DNA of 63,058 bases, the filler included, from Aduncisulcus paluster (Eukaryota), in assembly GCA_024181965.1 (NCBI GenBank). It is 11 parts of 11 records of this genome, joined end to end, with 100 filler letters (N's around TTAATTAATTAA, not from the genome) between each part and the next. Parts side by side here need not be neighbours in the genome. Positions count along the whole stretch, not along the records: positions 45,327 to 50,729 come from BQXS01011408.1; positions 50,830 to 54,252 come from BQXS01011409.1; positions 54,353 to 57,903 come from BQXS01011410.1; 8 more parts are not named here. One strand, written 5' to 3'. Each line of letters begins with the position of its first letter. Within the stretch, counting starts at the first letter, position 1. The notes beneath the pieces are model-generated. The model worked only from the letters and a program-made list of their open reading frames with translations. It did no database searches and was not told the DNA's origin. The translations under genes and the position numbers were made by a program. Shown here one piece after another: positions 45,327 through 58,003 of this stretch.

Positions 45327-48300
45327 ATCCGCACCAACACCAAGAGAGGCAATCAAACGCTCATAATCGATGAAATGTTCTTCAGGAGAAGGAGGTGTCG
45401 GGAGATGAACACTCGATTTTCTTGAGGTGCGAGATCGTTTTGCCTTCAAAGATAGGAAAGACATCGAGGGAAGCAGCATGAGATCGATATCGCTGGGAGA
45501 AATGAATGGAATACCACATTTACACGTGAATACTTCTGACATTCCGAGATGTCTGATCAGTGGATGCGCCGAACAAGAATGAACCAACGGAGCAGAATCT
45601 TTGCAAGTCTTAGTGCCATCCTCACTCATGGAATGGCAAGGATGATCACAAAGCTCAAGAGTGTCACTCAAGGGTCCTGAAATCTCTCTCTCTTTCTCTC
45701 TCTCTTTCTCTTTCTCATCTTCATGAATCTTATCTTTCTCCTCCTCTTCCTCATCTTCCACATCCTCTTCCTCTTCTTTTCCCTGTTTTCCTTCTCCTTG
45801 TTTACGTTCCTGACCTTCAACATCAACACTGCCATCCTGTCCATGATGCCCATCTGCTTTCTTCGATCCAATAGCCAAGGAATCCTGACTTCCCACTCCT
45901 CCAACACCCCTTGCAGAATAAAGAGCCTTCACACGCTCATACATGCTCTTGCGGGTTTCCAAACTCCATCCAGATAGAGGATTGGACACTTCAAACAGTT
46001 CATGTATTATTGAACTGTCGAACTTGGAGATATGATCACTACTATCTCTTCCTTCTTCAGAATCAGAAAACTCACTCTGTTGCTTCTTTGACTTCTTTCT
46101 TATTCTCCTGTCATGTGATTCATTTGCAAATATCGGTGTACCCCATCCATAGGCATCTGATATAATTTCCTTGGCAGTCGTTCTGATGTTTACATAGAGA
46201 TTGGGCGATATTGCAATGGGGAAAGTTGACGGTGGGAATGAGAACATTGACGGGAGAGAAGAGAAAGATTTCTGATCAACATAACAATTAGTTCGACTGG
46301 GAACTCTCGCAGAGGACTGAGAGGTTCTTCGCTTACCTTTTGTATAAGGCATAATCACCTCCTGGGTAGATGTTTTCTTCCACTCAATATCATAGTATCT
46401 TCGTACTCCAGCAAACCTCCGTAAAACAAGCGGTGGAATCACAACATTCATCAAATTGGGCATCCGAATAGGTGCAGTCAAAAGATCATGAGAGTTGTTG
46501 TTCACACGTTTCTTCCACCTTTCGAGGATTTCCTGTTGTAGAAGAAGTGGGAAAGGATCATAATTGGTTGAGTTTGTCTTCAAATGATGGCGAGCATCAT
46601 CAGAATCATCATCATCCCAATCCTCTTCCTCTCTTTCCTCCTCTTTTCCTTCTTTCTCACGATCTTGAGAATCTCTGATGTCCCAAGGAATCCCCAATTG
46701 CTTGCATATTTTCTTTTCAGCAGAAATAACACTCTTCACTGCACTTTTGCGTACAAATACAACTTTTACAGTTCTTCCACCCACAACACACCACTCGTCT
46801 TGCTCATCCTTGAGGTTTGGAGATATGGTCAATTGTGGTTGTGCCGCCTCAACCATGTGCCAATAGGTACCGCGTGACTCAAACTCTCGGCGAATGGCCT
46901 GGCGATACCTCAAATACTCTGTTTGGGGGAGCTGAGGATCACTCTTGTGTTGTGTTGAGGTTGGTACAGAAGGCTGTGAAACATCAATACCTCCTCCTTC
47001 CACCTGAGTGACTTGATCCTCAACACCAGATGTCATATCAGCATGTTCATTACTTGCAGCAGAAGAAGCAGAAGTGGCAGTATCAGCTGCGGTAGAAGAA
47101 GAGATATGAGTCTCCTGATGTCCAGTACTATGATGAGTTGTTGAGGATACCAAAGGTTCCTGGAGTGGAACATGTTCTTCAAGATCTTGAGAAGGAGTTG
47201 AGTCTGAATCATCGTCAATCCAAGAGATAACGAAAGGATAAGGAAGTAGAGTGAAGGTTGAATGCGATAGAGGAAATACAAGAGGAGCACAAGAAGAGAA
47301 GAAAGGAGAGGAAGGGGATGGAGAGATGGGTGAGAGTAAATGTGATCCATCTCCTATCGAACTTGGATCAACTCCCATTGACAACCATTCAGACCTCCAC
47401 TGAGACACAAGCTGTTGGAAGACATCACGGGTGGAATTGAGGGTTTTAACATGTCCATGGGAGGCTTTCACACGTTTTTCAGAGAGTCTTGATTGCTGGG
47501 AACTGTGCGGGGGAAGAAGAAGACTTGTCAGCACTTCCAGTAGCTCCACTAAGAGAAACATTTTCTGGTCCGATATTTAGAGAACGGACCCTTGTTGCCA
47601 TCTCTAATCCAGCTTCTCTTCGGAGATTGATATAGGAAATAAACCCAAGCAAGGAAGGAAAAGAATTGGGAATATTTGAATCTGAAGGTGTGGGATTCGG
47701 TTTGAAATAAGATTTTTTTCCTCCAGGAATGGATTGTTTTATGTGAACAGAGGAAGAGGAAGAGGAGGAAGAGGAAGAGGAAGAGGAAGAGGAAGAGGAA
47801 GAGGAAGAGGAAGAGGGAGGTTTTCTATGATCCCCACATAATTGGAGTGTTTCGAGAAGCCAAGCCCTGTCTCTTCGCCATATCATTAATCTTCCCCACC
47901 GTTTCANNNNNNNNNNNNNNNNNNNNCAAGCAAGGAAGGAAAAGAATTGGGAATATTTGAATCTGAAGGTGTGGGATTCGGTTTGAAATAAGATTTTTTT
48001 CCTCCAGGAATGGATTGTGTTATGTGAACAGAGGAAGAGGAAGAGGAGGAAGAGGAAGAGGAAGAGGAAGAGGAAGAGGAAGAGGAAGAGGAAGAGGGAG
48101 GTTTTCTATGATCCCCACATAATTGGAGTGTTTCGAGAAGCCAAGCCCTGTCTCTTCGCCATATCATTAATCTTCCCCACCGTTTCAAGAGGTCACCTGC
48201 ATGCCTTGCCCGGTCTCTAAGATACTTTGCAAGCCCACGAGCTGCCTTGTTCTTATAGAGCGTGTGGAATGTTTTAAAGAAAATCCGGGCACAAACAACG

Positions 48301-49532
48301 ATCAAATATTTGAGGGACGTGCTGATACGCTGTGATTTTCCGAGAGAAAGAGAAGACAGGGCAAGGATCAGAAGAACCAAGGTAAAACCTTTCTCAGGGT
48401 GTTTTGTTGCTCCACTCACACTATTCTTCCAGCGCATTCTTGAAGTTTTCTGTATTTTACCTTGATGGATGGGACATTCCAAGGATGGAGCTGAAGACAA
48501 GGCCAAAGTGGCAGAAGAGAGGGTTCTTGAGGGTAAATGGTCCGCAAGTGTGTTAATTGGAAGCTGAGGAAGCGATTTAGGGCTAAATGGAAGGATATTT
48601 AGGAACAAATAATGCGAAGCATACGCATGTGGGACGACAGAATAGAGAACTATACTTAATTCTTGTAATAGGGTCAATTGTTCGTTATCACCGCATCGAA
48701 TGACACCAAAATCATGTCCTGTGGTCTGAATCTTTCTCGATTGTTTGAGATAACGTTGCATATTCTTTCGAACTTCAGAAGAAACACCTCGACGCTTATA
48801 TTGAATATCATCTCCAATATCATAGTCCTCATCGGCATATCGTTGCTTGCTAGACTCAAGAGATTCACTATAATTCGATTTTTTGGCTTTCGAAGCCCCC
48901 TTTTGTGTTGATGGCTCTTGATATATATCATCTTCATCCTCATGCTGTGCAGAATCCTGAATTGAGACTTTAGAAACGGACTTTTTCACACCATGATACG
49001 ATTTTTCAGTACTATCGGATCGAATTTTTTTCTGAGTTCCTGATGGAGACATCACTGAGAAATGGGATTTTTCTGCTGTATCAGCTAAAATAGGAGGATT
49101 CATAATGAGTGAATCTTCTAATTTTTGAGGCCTATCATGAAGAATTTCATCCATAAGTTCGGCAAATTGGAAGAAAACGCTTGATTTTGAAGTCAATGGT
49201 ACAGACCCTATACTAGCATATGGATCCTCTATTACTTTCAAGTTTTCAGGATGAAAATCTTGAGCACCCGTGATTTTTGCATGATGAGTCGATTGATCCA
49301 TGAATTTTACATGATTACTGGGATAAATGTAACTATTTCCCGGAATAGAATATTGTTTCACCTTTTGTCCATATTTTCTCTTTGATATTCTATCTTTTTC
49401 ATATTTTTGAGTTTTTTCAATCGTTGGAATCCTTTCTATTGCGTCATACCTTGAAGAGTAGCCATCATCATAATATACGTCACTTTTTTCACATGAAACA
49501 TCGTCAAATGGCTTCAATTTTTTCTTTTGCAT
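45327..49532 (-). CDS. Large hypothetical low-complexity protein (gap duplication plus +1 discontinuity at ~47510), 3'-partial
   Basis: ORFs 47904..49532, 47479..47886 and 45279..47561 chain together; Cys/His cluster near the truncated end. Confidence 0.7.
47646..48187. repeat. 261-bp direct duplication flanking a 20-N gap, with one mismatch
   Basis: 47646-47906 matches 47927-48187 except T47738 versus G48019. Confidence 0.9.
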
Positions 49533-49882
49533 TGAATAAATTGGCCAAATTTTGTTTATATTTTCATATACTTTATCAAAATGCCATTTTCAGTGAAAGA
49601 ATCATATCAAAAATCCGAGGATTGTCTCAATTTGAGTAACCAAGTAGAATTTACAATAACCTTTCGAATATTGTTTTTTATTCAATTAAATATCATGGAA
49701 AAGACCATTTTTTATAAATATATCTTGAGGAATAGTCAACAGAATCTTAATCATCCAAAATAGAGATTTGACTGATAATATAACACCATAAAATATCGAG
49801 AAGATGATAATTATATTTGAAAAATACCACATATAGGGCATATTAATTATTAAAAACTAAGTTGGATCATGATGATCAACTT

Positions 49883-50449
49883 CTACAACCATGGTAACAT
49901 CGATAATCGTTCAATTGTTGCAAATTCATGCTCTTTGGTGGCTTTCATTTTCTCTTGCTTCTTGTCAATCACGAATCGAATGCCGAAAAAAAGAATAAAC
50001 TCTTGTTTCCCATCCCATGACGATATAACGTGAATATCACAGGAAGTGACATCAAGGATATCTATAGGGAACTCTTGCCAGAATCTATGACCTGATCGCA
50101 TCTCTGTCATTGTATATTCCTTCGTTATTTGATTTCCATCAGATGTTGTGAATGTAGCATTGAAATCTTTGATTCCACTCGAATAACCATAATTACTCAC
50201 AACGAATTTGCTAAGATAATGTGGCGTAATAAATGGGAGATGCAAATTGGGAAAGAAAAAAACGTGTTGTTTTCCTCGTAAGAGTTTCAATATATTGGAA
50301 TAATCATGATCGTTATAACAATCCCCATATGCTTTAGATCCATCAATTTCAGATAGATCTGGATGACCAACAGGATAGGGGCCTTCCAAAACCTTGGTGA
50401 CTGGCCAACTTGTGCCTAAATCCACAACAACTTTACCTACAATTCTCAT
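49883..50449 (-). CDS. Lineage-specific 'GPYPVGHPD' family protein, 188 aa (single domain)
   Basis: Strong identity to 16641-17924 (PNLHLPFIT.HYLSKFVVS, FWQEFPID, GIRFVIDKKQEK); TAG stop. Confidence 0.8.
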   Translation of the reverse strand: MRIVGKVVVDLGTSWPVTKVLEGPYPVGHPDLSEIDGSKAYGDCYNDHDYSNILKLLRGKQHVFFFPNLHLPFITPHYLSKFVVSNYGYSSGIKDFNATFTTSDGNQITKEYTMTEMRSGHRFWQEFPIDILDVTSCDIHVISSWDGKQEFILFFGIRFVIDKKQEKMKATKEHEFATIERLSMLPWL

Positions 50450-50522
50450 TAGATGATAAATGAATAATAACCATAAACAATATAAAAAATAAAGATAATA
50501 AATAATATATATCCCGCCAATA

Positions 50523-50582
50523 TGCAAGGAAAACACGATCCGTCAACATCTCGACCGAATAGAACAATAATATCCAAAATCG
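50523..50582 (-). promoter_or_regulatory. Conserved upstream element shared with 18003-18044
   Basis: Same motif blocks as 18003-18044; the sequence between motif and ATG is diverged. Confidence 0.5.
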
Positions 50583-50829
50583 ACGTTTCTTATCATTATT
50601 AATATATAAATGTAATAATAAATTATTTATTTTGTAAACACATTTGTTCTCCAAATAAGGCGTACTCAGACATTATTGACATTATTGACAATACAGCGAT
50701 ATAAACATGAAAGTGACAATATACACATGNNNNNNNNNNNNNNNNNNNNNNNNNNNNNNNNNNNNNNNNNNNNTTAATTAATTAANNNNNNNNNNNNNNN
50801 NNNNNNNNNNNNNNNNNNNNNNNNNNNNN

Positions 50830-51219
50830 AACATCACGCATACGACCAAGAACCATGGAGGAGATCTGCTCAGGAGAGAAGACCTTGGTCTCAGATTTGT
50901 GTTTAACCTCAATGAAAGGCTTGTCACCATCACGGCAGACAACCTTGAAGGGCCAGTGAAGGATATCACGTTGAACCTCAGAATCGGAGAACTTACGACC
51001 AATGAGACGTTTGGCATCAAAGACGGTATTAGCAGGGTTCATAGCAGCTTGACTCTTGGCAGCATCTCCAATAAGACGCTCCTCATCAGTGAAGGCAACA
51101 TATGAAGGAGTGGTTTTGTTTCCTTGACTGTTAGCAATGATCTCAACACGATCATTTTCGAAGGCGGCAACACAAGAATATGTTGTACCCAAATCAATTC
51201 CAACTGCAGGTGCGGACAT
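50830..51219 (-). CDS. HSP70: Cytosolic-type Hsp70, N-terminal fragment
   Basis: [46 protein letters not shown]; no signal peptide. Confidence 0.97.
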
Positions 51220-51508
51220 GTGATCTTTCGCAAAGAAAACAGAAGAAGATGATCCGATTGAGCATTCTCATCAAAATCAATTTCCTCAATCGATAATCAA
51301 TTCTTGAAAACAGCATCAAATCAATAATAGTTTGGCCAATTAAGGCAAATCAATAATTATATTAATAATGCCCTGTAAAAAAAATTATTTATTATGAAGA
51401 TCTTACTCATATCATTTGAATCGGAATTTGACAACCAATCAGGGAGAAAGATGAGAAATGAAAATCAATTAAGACAATAAATTTGGAAAAAACTTCAGAA
51501 TATATTTA

Positions 51509-52054
51509 TTACTCGCTCATTTTGTTTCCCCATTCACGACGAGGACCACGGGATCCGCGTTCACGAGGGCCACGAGAACGGCGGTCAGGACGGTTGATAG
51601 CCTTTTGCTTGTGGGTGTCAGGGCACACATCAGGATCAAGGTGGAGGAAAGCACGGAGGTATTCAACACCTTCATCAGTGAGGAAGTAATAGAAATATTG
51701 CCAGTTGAATTGCTCACGAACCAATTCACGAGAACAGAGAGATTTCATCAACATTCTAACGTGGAGGTTAGGGACACCAGCAATTTCTGGGTGCTTGTGA
51801 GCGGACTCCTTCTTCACAACAAGACAACCCTCTACAATCAAATATTTAAACAAAAAACAAAAAATATATGGATGTATATGAAACAATTTTGGTTACGAAT
51901 ATAATTACAGATTTAATATCACTAATAAATAATAGGGATTCGAGAGAAGTACAAATAACTAACAATAGATAGAAAATCAAAGAAAAAAATACATACGACG
52001 GAAAAGGTACTTGTAAACATCCTTCTTGTTCTTGGTGGGGACAATAACAGCCAT
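51509..52054 (-). CDS. RPS10: 40S ribosomal protein S10 (eS10); exons 52054-51997 and 51831-51509
   Basis: MAVIVPTKNKKDVYKYLFR|QGCLVVKK...VPNLHV...VREQFNWQYFYYFLTDEGVEYLR; 165-nt gtatgt...tgtag intron. Confidence 0.96.
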
Positions 52055-52688
52055 TGAAACAGACAGAGAGCACCAAGAGAAGCACATTTAGGAGAAAAGA
52101 AATTATGTTCTCAGTGATATTTATAGAATCAAAAACAATTGGAATTATATTCAAGATAAATAGTATAAATTTAAAATTGTCAATATGATTAATTCATTTT
52201 ATTCATCAGTATTCTTCTCCAACTTGTAATTCCAACTGAACAAAATACCAATCATTATAATCAAATGTACTGATATTACTCAAGATACTTCTGACAAAAC
52301 AACTGTATTTTTAAGATTATAGACATAAATTTAGAATAATTAGGCATATTTTTTTACATATCAAAATGTGGGAATTGAAATCGATGAATTTCAATATCTC
52401 TGCATTCAACAAAACATCAAAAGATATATTTTATGACATTTTGTATAAATCAATTTTTAAGGGTATATTAATTCCAAATTCATAATTTAGTTATAGTATC
52501 TTGCCATTGACAAAAAATTGCTGTACATCTCAAATTGCATTATTGACACCCAATCTTTTGATGAAATGGAACAAAAATACTTAATATATATTGATATTAT
52601 ATAGAAAATAAAGAAAATGTTGCATTTTTAGAAAGTCATATTTCGAAACTCGATTTTGGTACAGCCACATCAATTTTATGCATATATA

Positions 52689-54252
52689 ATGAGTAGTGAA
52701 ATATTAGAAGAAGAATTGGATCCTCATTATGAGCCATCTGAGAAAGGTATGTCATTTTTAATTTCTGGTTTTTCAAATTCCTTTATTTATCCTGTAATTA
52801 TGCTTATTATTTTCCATTTTTAAAAAATATTGTTTCTATTTTTAATGATATTAATTTTGCACTTGATTAAATATAGATATAATGGAATATGCTCAGTTTT
52901 TGGGAATGGACCTTGATGCTGATCAAGAATTTTTTTATATTGCAAGGGAGGGATTGCGTGCAAAGTTACCCACTGGATGGAAACCTTGGTATGTTTTTTC
53001 TTTTTTTCATTCTTGAAATTTTTATTTTTTCTGTAACGATTCAACTAATTTAACATTCAACACTTTATAGCAAATCTCCTGAAGGTGATTTATATTATTT
53101 TAATTTTGAAACTGGGGATACTACTTGGGATCATCCATGTGATGCCATATATAAAAAGAAATTTGAAGATGCCAAAAAGAATCGGATTGGTCAACAACGA
53201 AAAAAAGGCCGTTTGAAGAATGTTCCAAAATCAAAGAGTGTTGATTCTATTTCAAAGAGGCCCCCTAAGTCCAAAGGATTGTCGACTATTGTTCAACCCC
53301 TTGATAAACCTTCCGAGGTGTCTTCCACCTCAATTCCATCGCTAGATCAGAGTGGAGTCGTGGAGGATGTTGCTCTATCCTCTCCATCGAGTGATATTGC
53401 CATGAAGGTTGCTAATTTTGTTGAGCAGGAGGTTGATAAAGATATGCCACGGTTGGAAAAAGCAATCATGGAAACCCGCAAAAGCTCAAGCACGACGTCA
53501 ATCCCCGATGATGTTGACGCTGAACTTCCTGCAACGTTCGTTGATGTCCATGGCAGGAATCTTGGTCGAGAAGAACAACTTCGTCGGAAAGAGGAAGCAG
53601 AGAGAAGAATTGAGGAGGAAGAAAAAAGAGGTTTGGAAGAAGAAGCGCTGAGAGAAAGTGAAAGAAAAAGAGAATTAGAAAGAAATGAAGCAGATAAGAA
53701 GAGGAGAGATGCTGAGAATGTTCTGTTATATGAAGAAAAGCTTCGGATTGAGAAGGCCAGTCAAATGAAGAGCCAGAGAGAAGAGGAAAAGAGAAGAATT
53801 GAAGACGAATTGAAAAAGGAAGAAGAGCGTTGGAAAGAAGAGCTTCGTAGAGAGCAAGAGAAGTGGAGAAAAGATGCAGAGGAGAGGAGGAAGAGAGAGC
53901 GAGAAGATGATGAAAGACGTCGAAGAACTCAAGAGGAGGAAGATAGGCTGTGGCAGCAGCGAAGAGAAGCCAGATTAAAGCAAGAGGAGGAAGATGCAAA
54001 GAGAAGGAGGGAGCTTGCCGAGAAAGAGGAAGAGATCCATCGAAAACAACGTGAACAACAGTTAAAATAAGAAGAGGAGAGATGCTGAGAATGTTCTGTT
54101 ATATGAAGAAAAGCTTCGGATTGAGAAGGCCAGTCAAATGAAGAGCCAGAGAGAAGAGGAAAAGAGAAGAATTGAAGACGAATTGAAAAAGGAAGAAGAG
54201 CGTTGGAAAGAAGAGCTTCGTAGAGAGCAAGAGAAGTGGAGAAAAGATGCAG
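52689..54252 (+). CDS. CEP164: CEP164-like WW-domain/coiled-coil protein; exons 52689-52746, 52877-52988 and 53071 onward
   Basis: The spliced N-terminus ILEEELDPHYEPSEKDIMEYAQFLGMD...IAREGLRAKLPTGWKPCKSPEGDLYYFNFETGDTTWDHPCD is the CEP164 signature; two gtatgt...tag introns. TAA at 54068-54070 coincides with a duplication junction. Confidence 0.85.
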
Positions 54253-54352
54253 NNNNNNNNNNNNNNNNNNNNNNNNNNNNNNNNNNNNNNNNNNNNTTAA
54301 TTAATTAANNNNNNNNNNNNNNNNNNNNNNNNNNNNNNNNNNNNNNNNNNNN

Positions 54353-57300
54353 ATGATTCTATTCCTCGTAATTCCTTGTTTGTCCTGTACACAACGAATC
54401 CAAACGGGTTTGTCCATTTTTATTCTCCTCACTACCATATTTTTTGCATTCTCATCCACATCAAAGACATCCAAGAGACCGTTCTCTTCTCACTCCACTT
54501 GCTATGAATGGAGCTGCAATCGTGGCCAACATTTTATTTCGATATTCACGCGATTATTCTTATTCATGGCCATATGTTCATCGATATCCATGGTCTCCGC
54601 TGAGGTTGAAATATCCATTCCTGACGCAAACCTTCGAACTGCTGTGTGTTCTGCTCTTGGTCTCTCCTCTGATTGTTCTTACATCACTGACACTAACATG
54701 CTGTCGTTGACTTCCCTCAGTGCATCCTCTGTTGACACCTTCGAAGGATTGTCTTATGCAACGAACCTTGCATCACTCACCATCGATGGCACATCCACAT
54801 CTGACCTTGAGATTGACTCGACAGAGATTGGGTATCTTCCAACGTCTTCCCTATCCACGTTGTATCTGCAGAACATTGCATTATCTGAGGATGTGTCTTT
54901 ATCCGCATTCACGATGTTGACGAAGCTTGATCTGAGAAACACTGGTCTGACTGATTCTCACATTGTTCTTGGTTCTTTGAGTGGTGTTGAGGAGCAGCTT
55001 GTTGAGTTGACCTTGCGTGAGAATAGTATCTCGGATATCTCTGCTCTATCTGGAATGGTGAATCTAACCTATTTGCATTTGTACAGCAATCAAATATCTG
55101 ACGTGAGTCCATTGGAAAATTTGGTGAATCTGACAACTTTGCATCTTGGATCTAATCAGATTACTTCCATTGATTCTTTGTCAAACATGGATGATTTAGA
55201 GTATCTATATCTCTATAACAATAACATCTCGGATATCTCTGCTCTATCTGGAATGGTTAATATGACTTATTTGTATTTGAACAACAATCAAATATCTGAT
55301 ATTTCTGATCTATCCGAAATGGGAAATTTGACAATTCTTTACCTTTATTCAAATCAGATATCTGATATCTCCTCCCTCTCTGGAATGGCAAATATGTCAA
55401 CTATATATCTTGGTAGTAATAATATTTCGGATATTTCTGGTCTTTCTGAGATGTCTGAGATCAATACTTTGGCTCTTAATGCAAATAACATCTCAGATAT
55501 CTCAGCTCTATCTGGAATGATAAACTTAACAACTCTACATCTATATTCAAACAGTATCTCAGATGTTTCACCTCTTGTCAATATCACCAATCTCACTGAC
55601 CTTAGATTGTCATCCAACAATATCTCAGATATCTCTCCTCTATCTGGAATGGTGAATCTGATGTATTTGCATTTGTACAACAATCAAATATCTGATGTGA
55701 GCTCATTGGAAAGTTTGGTGAATCTGACAACTTTGCATCTTGGATCTAATCAGATTACTTCCATTGATTCTTTGTCAAACATGGATGATTTAGAGTATCT
55801 GTATCTCTATAAGAATAACATCTCGGATATCTCTGCTCTATCTGGAATGGCGAATCTGACATATTTAGACCTTGCCATCAATAATATCTCCTCAATCTAT
55901 GCTCTATCTGATATGGAGAATATGAGTAACCTTAGATTGCAATCAAACGCTATCTTTGATATCTCTCCTCTATCAGGAATGATAAACGTAACGAGTCTAC
56001 ATCTTTCTTCAAACAGTATCTCAGATGTTTCACCTCTTGTCAACAGCACTAATCTCACTGACCTTAGTTTGTCATCCAACAATATCTCAGATATCTCTGC
56101 TCTATCTGGAATGTCAAAGTTGGCAACTCTGTACCTTGGTACAAACAATATCTCAGACATTTCTGTTCTTTCTGGGAAACTTGAGCTGCTTACTTTAGAT
56201 TTAAATTCAAACACTCTCTCAGATATCTCTGCTCTATCTGGAATGGAAAACCTTGTGAATCTACAACTCCAAGGAAACAATATCATTGATATCTCTCATT
56301 TGAGTTCTTCAACAAACTTGACATATTTGCATCTTTGCCACAATGAAATTTCATCAATCGATTCGTTGGCTGAGATGACAGATTTGCAATATTTGTATCT
56401 TTGTGACAACGATATCTATGATATCTCTCCTCTATCAGGAATGATAAACTTGACGACTCTAAATCTATATTCAAACAGTATTTCAGATGTTTCACCTCTT
56501 GTTAACATCACCAATCTCACATATCTTGCTCTTGGATATAACCAAATATCATCGATTTCATCTCTCTCAAATATGCTCCAATTGACAGAGTTGTATCTCT
56601 ATAACAATAACATCTCGGATATCTCTGCTCTATCTGGAATGGAAGAATTGGTGAGATTAGAACTCCAGGTGAACAACATATCAGATGTTTCACCTCTTGT
56701 TAACATCACCAATCTCACATATCTTCGTCTTGGATATAACCAAATATCATCGATTTCATCTCTCTCAAATATGCTCCAATTGACAGAGTTGTATCTCTAT
56801 GACAATAACATCTCGGATGTATCTCCACTATCTGGAATGGAAGAACTAGTGACCTTACAACTCCAAGGAAATAATATCATTGATATCTCTTATTTACTTT
56901 CTTTGACAAAGCTGACATATTTGCATCTTTGTTTTAATGAAATAGATTCGATCGATTCACTGGTCGATATGATAGATTTACAGTCTTTGTATCTCTGTTA
57001 TAATGATATCTCAGATATCTCTGCTCTATCTGGAATGATAAACCTAACAACTCTACATCTATATTCAAACAGTATTTCAGATGTTTCACCTCTTGTCAAC
57101 ATCACTAATCTCACTGACCTTAGTTTGTCATCCAACTCTCTCTCAGATATTTCATACCTCTCAGGGATGTCGAAATTAGCAAAATTATATCTTCATAATA
57201 ATAATATCTCAGACATTTCTGCCCTCTCCTCCATGAATGCATTAACAGAATTGAACCTCAGCAACAACCCCTTATCCACGACCATGTCTTCCTCCCTGAC

Positions 57301-57903
57301 AACATTGTCCTCCTTGCCATCTCTGACGACATTAACCCTTGATTCTGTTGGATTGTGTGACACTTCCTTGCGTTCGCTGAGCATGTTCCCTGCATTGTCC
57401 ACCCTGTCCATCCGTTCGAATGGTCTCACGGACATCTCGCTCTTGTTCCCGATCTCTGGTCTGTCTTCGCTTGACGTGCGTGAGAACAAGCTGTGCAATG
57501 TGTCCGACACCGTGTATGCTGCACTGTTCCCTCTTTCGCCAGCTCTCTCCGTGAATGTGGGTAGCAGTGATTCTTTGATTGACCAAGATTCGTCGTATTG
57601 TGCACACTGTTCCGAAGCTCTGTCTTCCATGACACCGTCGGACAATGTCGTGTGTCGTGAAGTGTGGACTGATGAGTATCAGGTCGAGTGTGCCCTGTTC
57701 AGTTATCGTGATTATAACTCTTCTTCTTCCTCGTCTTCGTCTGATCCACCGACATGTGTTTCCCTCGATGCTTCACAATCTGCCTCTTCTGCCCCATCGT
57801 GTGTCGATGCACTTGTTGACTACCCCACAACTCAATGTGTTGTCGATGCTGGTATGGATGCTGCTTCTGTGCATTCTGATTGTGTTGAAGGGTGGTATGG
57901 TAC
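54353..57903 (+). CDS. Internalin/SDS22-like LRR surface protein with many 22-aa repeats and a Cys-rich C-terminal region; partial
   Basis: IPDANLRTAV N-cap, tandem L..L.L..N.ISDIS.LS.M.N repeats (66-bp period), Cys-rich region. Confidence 0.92.
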
Positions 57904-58003
57904 NNNNNNNNNNNNNNNNNNNNNNNNNNNNNNNNNNNNNNNNNNNNTTAATTAATTAANNNNNNNNNNNNNNNNNNNNNNNNNNNNNNNNNNNNNNNNN
58001 NNN

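Noticed and set aside
47738..48019. T/G difference between duplicated flanks as evidence of heterozygosity
   Set aside because: A single mismatch near contig ends cannot be distinguished from sequencing error.
51301..51310. Heat-shock element upstream of HSP70
   Set aside because: Only one TTCnnGAA unit is present, which is expected by chance.
51832..51996. Intronic snoRNA in the RPS10 intron
   Set aside because: No intact box C/box D pair or H/ACA structure visible.
3837..58003. Recurrent TTAATTAATTAA flanked by N-runs as a biological repeat
   Set aside because: It is an artificial six-frame-stop linker, so gene neighbourhoods across it mean nothing.
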